Shown: piece by piece, positions 52,263-61,524 of the stretch | Position numbering within the stretch: position 1 is the first letter of the stretch | Layout: each line of letters begins with the position of its first letter | Source of the DNA: an uncultured Ectothiorhodospiraceae bacterium | GTDB lineage: Bacteria; Pseudomonadota; Gammaproteobacteria; UBA9214 | DNA length: 64,000 nucleotides | Assembly: GCA_947258515.1 (NCBI GenBank) | Contig: CAMYIO010000012.1 | Coordinates: 2,020-66,019 of the forward strand | Direction of reading: 5' to 3' | Notes under the pieces: model-generated | What the model was told of the DNA's origin: nothing | The model's database searches: none | Seen by the model: only the letters and a program-made list of their open reading frames with translations | Made by a program: the position numbers and the translations under genes

Positions 52263-53066
52263 TCACCGGGACGCTTCCTGTTCCTTGGCCTTTTCCCAGT
52301 AATAGTCGAGCGTGTCCAGATCAGTATCGGAGAGTATCTGCCCGGCATCCTGCAGGAACTTCTCCACCTGTTGAAAACGACGTGTGAATTTACTGTTACC
52401 CTTACGCAGCGCCAGCTCCGGTTGCACACCGGCGTGCCGTACGAGGTTAACGGCCGCGAATAACAGGTCACCGGCTTCATCAGTCAATTTATCGATTCCT
52501 GCATGACTGCTGATCTCCTCGTTCAACTCCTGCAGTTCTTCTTCAACCTTGTCTGACACGCCGTGAATGCTTGGCCAGTCAAAACCGACCCGCGAGGCAC
52601 GTTTTTGCAGTTTGTACGCGCGCGTCAATGCCGGAAGTGACAGTGGAACACCGTGCAGCGCACTGTTCTGTTCACCTCGCTCGCGCTCCTTGTGATGCTC
52701 CCATGCACGGGTCTGTGCCTCTGCGGTCTCGATCACCTCATCGGCAAACACATGCGGATGACGGCGCACCATTTTTTCGCAGATACCTGAAACGACATCG
52801 TTGAAATCGAACCAGCCACGCTCTTGCGCCATTTGTGCGTGAAAAACGACCTGAAACAGCAGGTCACCCAGTTCATCCTGCAGCGCTGTGGAATCATCCC
52901 GCTCAATGGCATCCACCACTTCGTAGGCTTCTTCCAGTGTATAGGGCGCAATTGAACGGAAGTCCTGCTCCAGGTCCCAGGGACACCCCCCCTGTGGATT
53001 ACGCAACCGCGCCATGATTTCCACCAGGGTTTCTATCGTCGCCGGTGAAGCATCATTACTGGCCAT
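52263..53066 (-). CDS. mazG: Nucleoside triphosphate pyrophosphohydrolase
   Basis: GCPWD.EQ, EEAYEV, ELGDLL, RRHPHVF, GFDW. Confidence 0.96.
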   Translation of the reverse strand: MASNDASPATIETLVEIMARLRNPQGGCPWDLEQDFRSIAPYTLEEAYEVVDAIERDDSTALQDELGDLLFQVVFHAQMAQERGWFDFNDVVSGICEKMVRRHPHVFADEVIETAEAQTRAWEHHKERERGEQNSALHGVPLSLPALTRAYKLQKRASRVGFDWPSIHGVSDKVEEELQELNEEISSHAGIDKLTDEAGDLLFAAVNLVRHAGVQPELALRKGNSKFTRRFQQVEKFLQDAGQILSDTDLDTLDYYWEKAKEQEASR

Positions 53067-53240
53067 CAGATTATCTCCATGGATAGTTGCATTCCGCACG
53101 GTCTGTGAGTACAGACACCACACCCCTGTCAACCGGGGTATTTATCTGCTGTGAAGCCAGCGGGGGCCGGCCTGTGCACAAGGCGCTGTTACACCTCCCT
53201 GTGCAGCCGTTTATTCCGGAAATTGAAGTAGTTCCTGAAG

Positions 53241-53696
53241 CTAATGTACGCCACCCGCCATGGCAGATATGACGGCGTCCTCGAGCTGAATGCGTTCGGC
53301 TATACACTCCCCGAGGTTGGATAAATCAACGGCAAGGAATTCAACACTGTTGTCCAGGGACATGGACTCGTATTTGTCGTTAAAGCGCAGAATCTGGTCG
53401 GTGGTTTCTACTATCTTCGGGTAGATCTCATCTGCGACCGAGAGAACCGAAGTGCGCCGTTCGCGGTTATCAGACAAATAGCGGTACAGCTGAAAGTGTG
53501 CGCTGGCGGTGTAGTCGATCAGGGCTTCGCAAAACGCGCGCAGTGCCTTTTCCACAGACGGTTCGGGGTTGAATGGCTGACGACCCGCCAGCTCAGTGAG
53601 CAACGACAGTGTCGCGTTGCGTGATGACACCAGTGCATCCAGCTTCTTGCGTGACCGTTGGCGACGATCGACGCCACCCTGTAAATCTGCTCCCAT
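53241..53696 (-). CDS. rsd: Rsd/AlgQ-family anti-sigma70 factor
   Basis: FC..LIDY.AS.HF.LY, FNDKY, LS.LGE....RI.LED. Confidence 0.85.
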   Translation of the reverse strand: MGADLQGGVDRRQRSRKKLDALVSSRNATLSLLTELAGRQPFNPEPSVEKALRAFCEALIDYTASAHFQLYRYLSDNRERRTSVLSVADEIYPKIVETTDQILRFNDKYESMSLDNSVEFLAVDLSNLGECIAERIQLEDAVISAMAGGVH

Positions 53697-54030
53697 TTTC
53701 TGCTCCTGCCTGATTTTCAATTTAAATTTTTTATGGCTGCGCCGGCCGCGTGCTTATTATCAACCACCATCACCGCTGCAGGCTGGCATTGTAACAAACC
53801 CCCGTTGGATGTCTCCACGTTATCTATTCTTGCCGGGTTCAATGAAGAAACTGGTTCGGTTTTAATCGTTTAGAGCAGCCCGACCAGGCACATACCTTAA
53901 TGCCCGCAAGGATAGTAATGTTATTATCGCTGCCTTCCCCACCTGATATACCCACATCAGGATAGTTTATAATTAAGCCACTGATAAATATTAATTTTTT
54001 GTGCTATTATCACATAACTCAACGGGTATA

Positions 54031-54064
54031 AATCTTGACTAAAAGACTCAACTATTACTATAGT
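54031..54064 (+). promoter_or_regulatory. Sigma70 promoter overlapped by an IscR type-1-like box
   Basis: TTGACT - 18 nt - TATAGT; AATCTTGACTAAAAGACTCAACTATT resembles IscR type-1 sites. Confidence 0.6.
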
Positions 54065-54190
54065 ATGCCCATGATATCGGCTGGTTTCACTTTCATGAAT
54101 CCAGCACCGGAGCACTGGAAAATCTGAATACAGGATACGGACCAGCGCTACCGGCAGCGACACGCGGTACCGTATTCATCGAGGTTAGTT

Positions 54191-54634
54191 ATGAAGTTAT
54201 CAACAAAAGGACGCCATGCCGTCACCGCAATGATGGAATTGGCACTACAGCACAAGAAAGGACCGGTAACGCTGGCTGATATATCCGCGCAGCAGGCCAT
54301 ATCGATTTCTTATCTTGAGCAGCTGTTCGCACGACTGCGTCAACACGGTCTGGTGACAGGCATGCGCGGACCCGGTGGCGGCTACTGCCTTGCCCGTCCG
54401 GCATCTGAAATCACCATTGCCAATATCCTGGCCACGGTTGATGACCTCACGCGGCGCGAAGAGCAGCCGCACACCCAGGGAGAAATCCCTGCCGGTGCCC
54501 AGATGTGGCTGCGTTTGAGTAACCGCATCTATGACTACCTCAATAGCATCACCCTGGAGGAGGCCATTGAGTCTGCCACCAGTGACGCACAAACCTCGCT
54601 GCTTGGATCCGGTTTCCGGCAGACAGCGGCATAG
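54191..54634 (+). CDS. Rrf2-family IscR-like regulator lacking the Fe-S cysteine ligands
   Basis: MKLSTKGR.AV.AM, YLEQLF..LR, RGPGGGY; no C-x5-C-x5-C-x2-H. Confidence 0.88.
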   Translation: MKLSTKGRHAVTAMMELALQHKKGPVTLADISAQQAISISYLEQLFARLRQHGLVTGMRGPGGGYCLARPASEITIANILATVDDLTRREEQPHTQGEIPAGAQMWLRLSNRIYDYLNSITLEEAIESATSDAQTSLLGSGFRQTAA

Positions 54635-54672
54635 CGATACTTTGAAATATTTCAGCTTGCAGGAGAATTGAA

Positions 54673-55077
54673 ATGGCATATAGCGATAAAGTACTGGACC
54701 ACTACGAAAACCCGAGAAATGTCGGTTCATTTGAGAAGGGTGACAAGCAGGTCGGTACCGGCATGGTTGGCGCTCCGGCCTGTGGTGACGTCATGAAACT
54801 GCAAATCAAGGTCGGTGACAACGGCGTCATCGAGGATGCCAGGTTCAAGACCTATGGCTGCGGCTCGGCCATCGCCTCAAGCTCGCTGTTGACGGAATGG
54901 GTAAAAGGCAAGACGCTGGATGAGGCCCGTGAAATCAAGAATACCGACATCGCGGCAGAGCTTGCACTGCCACCTGTCAAGATTCACTGCTCGGTACTGG
55001 CTGAGGATGCCATCAAGGCGGCCATCCAGGATTACCAGGGCAAGAGTGTCGACGTACCGCAGGCAGCTGAAGCCTGA
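54673..55077 (+). CDS. iscU: Fe-S scaffold protein
   Basis: MAYSDKVLDHYENPRNVG, ACGD, GCGS, LPPVKIHC. Confidence 0.98.
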   Translation: MAYSDKVLDHYENPRNVGSFEKGDKQVGTGMVGAPACGDVMKLQIKVGDNGVIEDARFKTYGCGSAIASSSLLTEWVKGKTLDEAREIKNTDIAAELALPPVKIHCSVLAEDAIKAAIQDYQGKSVDVPQAAEA

Positions 55078-55101
55078 TAGCCGTCATTAACAGACACCGA
55101 T

Positions 55102-55130
55102 AACGGGGCCGGAAGGCCCCGTTTTTATTT
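55102..55130 (+). terminator. Intrinsic terminator after iscU
   Basis: AACGGGGCC-GGAA-GGCCCCGTT followed by a T-tract. Confidence 0.85.
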
Positions 55131-55186
55131 ATACCACCGCATTAATCTATCGACGGGATACTGTATATCCCCGGGGACGCATGATC

Positions 55187-56020
55187 ATGCAGACACCGGT
55201 AACCCGGCTCTATCCTGCAGCAGACGGCCCGCAGCCGCTGGAAGGGCTGTACCTGCAGCATCAACTGCATCTGAAAGGACGGCCAGACGCTCCTTATGTC
55301 TACAGCAATTTTATTACTACTCTGGATGGCCGCATTGCCCTTGGCGATAACGACAGCACAACACACACCGTGCCCGGCGCGACCGTCAACCCGCGTGACT
55401 GGCGCCTCTACCAGGAACTGGCCGGGCAGGCTGACCTGCTGATGACCAGTGGCCGCTACTTCAGGCAAAGCCTCATTGGCGAGGCGCAGGACCAGCTGCC
55501 GGTCGCTGCCCAGGCGGCATTTGGCGACATCCGCGAATGGCGCCTGGCACAGGGGTTACGTGAACAGCCGGACATCGCCATTCTCAGCGGCAGCCTGGAC
55601 ATCCCGATTGCGGCACTGGAACCCTACCGAAACCGCCGCATCCTGGTCATGACCGGCGAGACATCAGACCCGGATCGGGCCCAGGCATTACAGGAAGCCG
55701 GCATCGAGGTCGTTCGTGCCGGCGCCGGTTCCCTGGTTGAAGGTGGCCGCATGGTCTCGCACCTGGCGGCACTGGGGTACCGGAGCCTCTACGCGATCGC
55801 CGGACCGGCCGTTTTCCACACCTTGCTTGAGGCGAAGGTGCTTGATCGCCTGTACCTGACCATAGCGCAGCAGCTGCTGGGGGGAGACGTCTTTGACACC
55901 CTGACACGAGGTCCCTTGCTGACACCGCCCCGGGGCATGACATTAGTCAGCCTCTATCACGATCCACACGCCCCCGCCCACGCCGGCCAGCTGCTCGCCG
56001 TGTTTGAGCCACAGGCTTGA
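55187..56020 (+). CDS. RibD C-terminal / dihydrofolate reductase-like protein
   Basis: NFITTLDGRI, LL....LDRLYLTI...L.GG. Confidence 0.75.
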   Translation: MQTPVTRLYPAADGPQPLEGLYLQHQLHLKGRPDAPYVYSNFITTLDGRIALGDNDSTTHTVPGATVNPRDWRLYQELAGQADLLMTSGRYFRQSLIGEAQDQLPVAAQAAFGDIREWRLAQGLREQPDIAILSGSLDIPIAALEPYRNRRILVMTGETSDPDRAQALQEAGIEVVRAGAGSLVEGGRMVSHLAALGYRSLYAIAGPAVFHTLLEAKVLDRLYLTIAQQLLGGDVFDTLTRGPLLTPPRGMTLVSLYHDPHAPAHAGQLLAVFEPQA

Positions 56021-56039
56021 CGCATGCCCCGCAATCTTT

Positions 56040-56465
56040 CTATTCCTGTTGTGCCATGCATTCCCGCAGCGCACGCCGAATAGTCGAGGCTGCCACCACC
56101 CTGCCCTGGTTGATGCCCTCACATCGTCGTGCCTCCCGGTTCCATGCCGCGGCACTGCCAAGCAGCTCCGGCCAGAACGGGTAGGTCCGGCATTGAACGG
56201 GGCGAACGGCGTACACCCGGCACTTGTCTTCGCAATCCAGAAAGATGCAACGCTCGTCGGGTCCGGATGCCAGCACCCGATCGCCATCCCCGAGACGTTG
56301 CAGGTAGCGACGCCGGAACCAGCCGCGCGACAGTTGCAGAAAGGTACGAATCCTTTCGGATTCCTCGTCATTCAGGTACACATAATACTCGCCGGCAGTG
56401 GCGCAGCATTGTCCACACTGCGTACATGAGAACCGCAGCGCCTGTTGCATGTAAAATGGCTGCAT
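56040..56465 (-). CDS. YkgJ-family CxxCxxCC cysteine cluster protein
   Basis: LRFSCTQCGQCC, CIFL, C.VY..RP.QCRTYPFW, CEGI. Confidence 0.9.
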   Translation of the reverse strand: MQPFYMQQALRFSCTQCGQCCATAGEYYVYLNDEESERIRTFLQLSRGWFRRRYLQRLGDGDRVLASGPDERCIFLDCEDKCRVYAVRPVQCRTYPFWPELLGSAAAWNREARRCEGINQGRVVAASTIRRALRECMAQQE

Positions 56466-56495
56466 GGAGTAGCGCCACTGAAGAGGAAAACCGGA

Positions 56496-57017
56496 TTGTC
56501 TCACACTACCAGATCTGTATTCCAAGGCCGGGTTGTGCAACTTGGCATTGAATCCCTGACCCTGCCCAACGGCGAGTCGGTGGAGCTTGAAATAGTGCGT
56601 CACCCGGGCGGAGCCGCCGTGGTGGCACTGGATGAACGCCAGCATGTTTGCCTGCTGCGCCAGTACAGGCATGCCAGCGGCGGCTGGTTGTGGGAACTGC
56701 CGGCGGGCAAACTGGAAGCGCATGAAGGTCCGCTGGCGACAGCAAAACGCGAACTGCTGGAGGAGGCCGGGATAGAGGCTGATCAATGGCAGACGCTCGG
56801 TGACATACTGGTAACACCGGGTTTCTGCGACGAGGTCATTCACCTGTTTGTTGCGCGCGGCTTGACACTTCTTGCCGCACAACCGGAGGCACACGAGGTG
56901 ATAGAGATACACTGGCTACCCTTCGACGAGGCACTGGCGCAGGTATACAACGGCACCCTTCGGGACGCCAAGACCATGCTTGGCCTGACGCTGGCGGAAA
57001 AACACCTCAGACGCTAG
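56496..57017 (+). CDS. Nudix hydrolase (ADP-ribose pyrophosphatase-like)
   Basis: HPG, RQYRH, ELPAG..AKRELLEEAG Nudix box, PGF.DE, DAKT; start uncertain (TTG). Confidence 0.88.
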   Translation: MSHTTRSVFQGRVVQLGIESLTLPNGESVELEIVRHPGGAAVVALDERQHVCLLRQYRHASGGWLWELPAGKLEAHEGPLATAKRELLEEAGIEADQWQTLGDILVTPGFCDEVIHLFVARGLTLLAAQPEAHEVIEIHWLPFDEALAQVYNGTLRDAKTMLGLTLAEKHLRR

Positions 57018-57116
57018 CAGGCTGCTGCGTGCAAACAATGATTCGCCAGGATTTGCAGCGGCATTCTATGCTAATGTCGGACAACACAATAACCACCCGT
57101 TTGTGACCGTACCCCT

Positions 57117-57665
57117 ATGATCTATTGCAGTAATTGCGGTGAACGCGTCATCGAAAAAGTCCCTGCAGGCGACAATCGCACACGCCATGTCTGTGATGCC
57201 TGCCAAACGGTACACTACCAGAATCCGAAAATCGTGGCCGGCTGCCTGCCCGTATGGGATAACCGCATATTGCTGTGCCGCCGTGCCATTGAGCCGCGCT
57301 ATGGTCTGTGGACACTCCCTGCCGGCTTCATGGAAAACGGCGAATCAACCGAACAGGCGGCCGCGCGTGAAACATGGGAAGAAGCCTGCGGCAAGGTCAC
57401 CGATCTGGCACTCTACGGCGTGTTCAGCATTCCACACATTAACCAGGTCTACATGATGTTTCGTGCGCAGCTGGAGTCAGAGGATTACCGGCCTGGAGAT
57501 GAAAGCCTGGAGGTCAGGCTGCACGAGGAACACGAAATACCCTGGCATGAGCTGGCCTTCCCGGTCGTCAGGCTGACGCTTGAACGCTACTATAAGGATA
57601 TCAGGAGCGGCCACTTCCCGGTGCACGTCGAGAATATTGCGCAGCACCCTGCACGCACCAAATAA
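57117..57665 (+). CDS. Zn-ribbon Nudix hydrolase
   Basis: CSNCG..C..C, HYQNP, WTLPAGFMENGE...AARETWEEA. Confidence 0.92.
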   Translation: MIYCSNCGERVIEKVPAGDNRTRHVCDACQTVHYQNPKIVAGCLPVWDNRILLCRRAIEPRYGLWTLPAGFMENGESTEQAAARETWEEACGKVTDLALYGVFSIPHINQVYMMFRAQLESEDYRPGDESLEVRLHEEHEIPWHELAFPVVRLTLERYYKDIRSGHFPVHVENIAQHPARTK

Positions 57666-57691
57666 TGCCACCCGGCTATCGAGGAGAACCC

Positions 57692-58264
57692 ATGTACAGA
57701 CACACCCTGCCCCTTATGCTTGTCCTGTTAATGCACAGCGCACCGACTTACGCACTTGAAATCGAGGGAGTTGCAATTGCGCAGACCACCCCCTCCGGCG
57801 ACAGCAAGACCACACTGCTGCTGAACGGTGCCGGCCTGCGGGAAAAACTCTATATAGACGTCTACGTCGGGGCACTTTACCTGCCGGCGAAAACAACGGA
57901 CGCCGGCGCCATACTCGCTGGCGAGGGACCCGCCAGCGTCCTGATGCACATTCTCTACAAGGAAATCAGCAAGCAAAAGATGACCGATGGCTGGATAGAC
58001 GGGCTGGATGCCAATCTTTCAAGCAGCGAACTGCAGGCAATCCAGCCGCGGCTGGATGCCTTCAACAAACTGTTTACTGCCGCACACAAAGGTGATGTCC
58101 TGAAAATCGAGTACACGCCCGAAAAGGGCACAGAGGTGCGCATCAACGGCGAATGGCGCGGCGCTGTTGCCGGCAATGACTTCTTTCGTGCCCTGCTGAA
58201 GATCTGGCTAGGCCCGAACCCGGTCGACAAGTCCCTCAAGCAGGACATGCTGGGAAGCAGCTAG
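57692..58264 (+). CDS. Chalcone isomerase-like periplasmic protein
   Basis: Signal peptide, LNGAG.R, VYVGALYL, F..ALL.IWLG..P....LK..MLG. Confidence 0.88.
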   Translation: MYRHTLPLMLVLLMHSAPTYALEIEGVAIAQTTPSGDSKTTLLLNGAGLREKLYIDVYVGALYLPAKTTDAGAILAGEGPASVLMHILYKEISKQKMTDGWIDGLDANLSSSELQAIQPRLDAFNKLFTAAHKGDVLKIEYTPEKGTEVRINGEWRGAVAGNDFFRALLKIWLGPNPVDKSLKQDMLGSS

Positions 58265-58270
58265 GACACC

Positions 58271-59227
58271 ATGCGTGGCGTGTTCCTTGATAGTGCGACG
58301 GTAGACCGGCATGACCTCGACCTGGATGCCCTGAAATCCAGCCTGACCGACTGGTCGATACGCAGCGCCACGCCTGTCGACGAGCTCGGAGACGCGCTGC
58401 GGGATAGAGACATTGTCATCAGCAACAAGGTACCGCTGAACCGGGAGACATTACAAAAGGCTAATTCCCTGAAACTGATTTGCGTGGCAGCCACCGGCAC
58501 CAACAATGTAGACCTGACAGCAGCTGCGGAACAGAAAATCACTGTCTGCAATGCCCGCGGTTATGCCACTACATCGGTGGTTGAGCATGTTTTTTCCCTG
58601 ATACTGGCCCTCACCCGTCACCTCAATGACCACCAAACCGCGGTCAATGAAGGCAAGTGGCATGCTGCCGGGTCATTTTGCCTGCTCGACTACCCTATCA
58701 GGGAACTGGCCGGGCAGACCCTGGGTATTATCGGCTATGGAGAACTGGGCAATGCAGTCGCCGCAATGGGCAGGGCATTTGGCATGAACATCCTGGTTGC
58801 ACAGCGGCCGGCAGGAAGCACGCAGGCAGATCGCTGCCCACTGGAGCAGCTGTTATCGCAAGCAGACATTATCAGTCTGCATTGCCCGCTGACCGACACT
58901 ACCCGCAATCTGATCGACCACGCTGAATTTGCACTGATGGGCAAAGATACCCTGCTCATCAACACGGCCCGGGGCGGCATCGTCAACGAAATCGCATTGC
59001 GGCAGGCATTGGCGTCCGGGCAAATTGCCGGCGCCGCAATCGACGTATTGAGCGAAGAGCCACCGCGCAAAGGCAATCCACTGCTGGATGAAATTGTACC
59101 CAACCTGATTGTTACCCCGCACATTGCCTGGGCAAGCATTAATGCACGACAATCACTTATCAATGAACTGACTGATAACATTCATGCCTTCCTGAGAGGC
59201 GAACCGCGCAATGTGGTTCATGCATGA
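58271..59227 (+). CDS. D-2-hydroxyacid dehydrogenase (glycerate dehydrogenase-like)
   Basis: ATGTNNVD, GIIGYGELG, SLHCPL, INTARG, TPHIAW. Confidence 0.9.
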   Translation: MRGVFLDSATVDRHDLDLDALKSSLTDWSIRSATPVDELGDALRDRDIVISNKVPLNRETLQKANSLKLICVAATGTNNVDLTAAAEQKITVCNARGYATTSVVEHVFSLILALTRHLNDHQTAVNEGKWHAAGSFCLLDYPIRELAGQTLGIIGYGELGNAVAAMGRAFGMNILVAQRPAGSTQADRCPLEQLLSQADIISLHCPLTDTTRNLIDHAEFALMGKDTLLINTARGGIVNEIALRQALASGQIAGAAIDVLSEEPPRKGNPLLDEIVPNLIVTPHIAWASINARQSLINELTDNIHAFLRGEPRNVVHA

Positions 59228-59249
59228 GTGACGTATCGATTTGAGCCGC

Positions 59250-59978
59250 ATGTCGCTATTATCCAGCAACATCAAGATCAACCTTGGCAGCATCCGTGAA
59301 CGCATGCAGGACGCGGCGACGCGTGCCGGACGCAACGTCGGCGACATACGTCTGGTCGCGGTTACCAAGTACATGCCAGCCGAATACGTACAGGCAGCCA
59401 TGTCAGCAGGGCAACACTGTTTCGGTGAAAATACCCTGCAGGATGCACTCGGCAAGCAAGCGCTGCTGCATAATCCGCTGAACGAGTGGCACTTTATCGG
59501 ACACCTGCAATCCAACAAGGCAAAATCAATCCCCGAAAACTTTGCGTGGTTGCATACGCTTGACAGTCTCAAACTCGCGAGCAAATTGTCTGCCGGCGCC
59601 ACGCGCTCACAGCGCACGCTGAATGTTCTGCTGCAGGTCAACATCGCCGATGATCCGGACAAATTCGGTCTGCCGGCAGCGTCGGTCTATGCATTTGTTG
59701 AAGACCTGCTGGGCGCCGGACTGTACGGCATCCGCCTGCGCGGCCTGATGGCCATCGGTCGCCGCAATGACAGCCCCGAGGCAACACGCGCGAATTTCGC
59801 CGCCCTGCGGGAACTGGGTGAGGCCTGTGCAGCGCGCTTTGATGCCCGCCATTTCAGTGAACTCTCCATGGGGATGAGCAACGATTTCGAGATTGCCATT
59901 GCCGAGGGCGCCACCATGATTCGTGTCGGCAGTTCTATCTTCGGTCAGCGCCCGACAGCTGCGCCCGATTACTCGTGA
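59250..59978 (+). CDS. yggS: YggS-family PLP homeostasis protein
   Basis: LVAVTK, FGEN, WHFIGHLQSNK, LSMGMSND, RVGS.IFG. Confidence 0.93.
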   Translation: MSLLSSNIKINLGSIRERMQDAATRAGRNVGDIRLVAVTKYMPAEYVQAAMSAGQHCFGENTLQDALGKQALLHNPLNEWHFIGHLQSNKAKSIPENFAWLHTLDSLKLASKLSAGATRSQRTLNVLLQVNIADDPDKFGLPAASVYAFVEDLLGAGLYGIRLRGLMAIGRRNDSPEATRANFAALRELGEACAARFDARHFSELSMGMSNDFEIAIAEGATMIRVGSSIFGQRPTAAPDYS

Positions 59979-60146
59979 AGAGCATTATGAATACTTACTA
60001 CGTCGTTGTTTACATGAAATTATAAGCATCTGCAGTTGCGACAGAGGCCAACCCGGGCCCGAGATTTAATTGCGCGCATTTTCCAGTACAATGTGCCCCG
60101 GAATCACCCGCGCCGCGATGCGCGATCACACTTGCGAGGTCTCACC

Positions 60147-60641
60147 ATGGTAGAGCTGAATGGAACGAGCGCCCTATGGATAATCGGTGCACTGGGCGTC
60201 CTGCTGGGTACTGGACTTGGCAGTATTGTGACTTACACCCTTACCCGCCGAAACAACCGCAACGAGAATCTGCAGACAGAACTGGACCAGCTGGTAGATC
60301 GATTTGCTGAATACCGTGAACAGGTCAGCCAGCACTTCATGCATACATCGGATCTTGTACAGGAGATGACCCGAAGCTATCGGGCGGTTTATGAACACCT
60401 GGCAACCGGCGCCTATCATCTGTGCGCGGAACAAACAGACGCGCCTTCACTTGGACACCAGTCAGCTGATGCACTGGCCACTGATAAGGCCGCCCCGGCG
60501 AGCGATGACCCCGAGTACGATGAGCTGGCTGAACTCTCCAGCATCAGGAATGACATTGATTCATTACTGAATGACTCACCCCGCTTTTCGAAAGTTGATG
60601 TGAGCACCGAGGACGATGAACTCAAGTCGATAAAACATTGA
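60147..60641 (+). CDS. DUF1043/YhcB(ZapG)-family protein
   Basis: N-terminal TM helix, coiled coil, Y...V..HF..TS.L...MT.SY..VYEHLA.GA. Confidence 0.82.
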   Translation: MVELNGTSALWIIGALGVLLGTGLGSIVTYTLTRRNNRNENLQTELDQLVDRFAEYREQVSQHFMHTSDLVQEMTRSYRAVYEHLATGAYHLCAEQTDAPSLGHQSADALATDKAAPASDDPEYDELAELSSIRNDIDSLLNDSPRFSKVDVSTEDDELKSIKH

Positions 60642-60668
60642 GTACACAAACCGGTAACACGGTAACTA

Positions 60669-60872
60669 TCAGTCGTCACCTTTGATTTCATAGGGCGCCA
60701 TGGTGTCCACCAGCTCATCCAGCACCATCTGCCGTTCGTGCACACTCAGATGAGCCACTTCTGCAAACACCTCACCAGCTCTCAGTAACGCAATATACGC
60801 GGAGACACGCACACAACCGTGTTGACACAACGATTCCACGCATTGTTCAACGCTACTGTTTGCCACGGCCAT
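60669..60872 (-). CDS. Small hypothetical protein with a C-x4-C-x3-C (CQHGC) motif
   Basis: MAVANSSVEQCVESLCQHGC..ER..VL.EL...M..Y; fills the intergenic gap. Confidence 0.6.
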   Translation of the reverse strand: MAVANSSVEQCVESLCQHGCVRVSAYIALLRAGEVFAEVAHLSVHERQMVLDELVDTMAPYEIKGDD

Positions 60873-61035
60873 GCAACTGTCCTGAATCCTCGCCAATACC
60901 CTGTAGTTTACAACGTTTTTAGCCTTTAAGTAGCGGATCACAGTTTTATCCCGTCACACATCCTAGGCTGTATGCTGAGAAGCGCGGAACATGCCAGCAA
61001 CCCCTGGCAGCCCGACAGACCCTGGAGAGCGCGAT

Positions 61036-61524
61036 ATGAGGATTCAGGCGGTAACGATCAGTACCTCGACTATCGCCCTGCTGGCACTACAGGGCTGCGC
61101 AACACTCTCCGGCACAAGTTCCCGCACAAATCCTGTCGCCGCCGGCTATATTCCCGCTGCAGATCCGATGCTGGATCACTACATTGCCTGGGTTCCACGA
61201 GACAGGGCGCAGACCGCAACGGTTGCAGCGGCGATGACACACATCTCACTGGTGAATGCCCGGGAAGAAACGGCAAAGCTGCTGTGTCACGGCGAATGGG
61301 TGATGAATGGCGAGGTCACGGACAATATTGGCCCACTCCCCGCCAGCGCACCCGAGTCAGCGGGTGGCTATCCTGCCTGGTACTATCGCATCAGCCATCG
61401 ACCCGGATTGCACGGCTGCCAGAGTGCGGATGCAGGGAAACTCTATCACACGCTGCGGGAGAACCTGCCGGAATGGATGGACATCGAGCCTGCCGGTACG
61501 GCAGCCATCAGCCTGCTTGAATAG
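61036..61524 (+). CDS. Hypothetical lipoprotein
   Basis: GGAG RBS; signal peptide ending in the lipobox LQGC. Confidence 0.65.
   Translation: MRIQAVTISTSTIALLALQGCATLSGTSSRTNPVAAGYIPAADPMLDHYIAWVPRDRAQTATVAAAMTHISLVNAREETAKLLCHGEWVMNGEVTDNIGPLPASAPESAGGYPAWYYRISHRPGLHGCQSADAGKLYHTLRENLPEWMDIEPAGTAAISLLE

Noticed and set aside
52263-53066. MazG as an anti-phage or toxin-antitoxin component
   Set aside because: Full-length two-domain housekeeping MazG with no defence-gene neighbours
53241-53696. Rsd as the output of the partner-switch module
   Set aside because: Separated by mazG, on the opposite strand, and Rsd is not a known STAS or RsbW partner; no sequence support for a link
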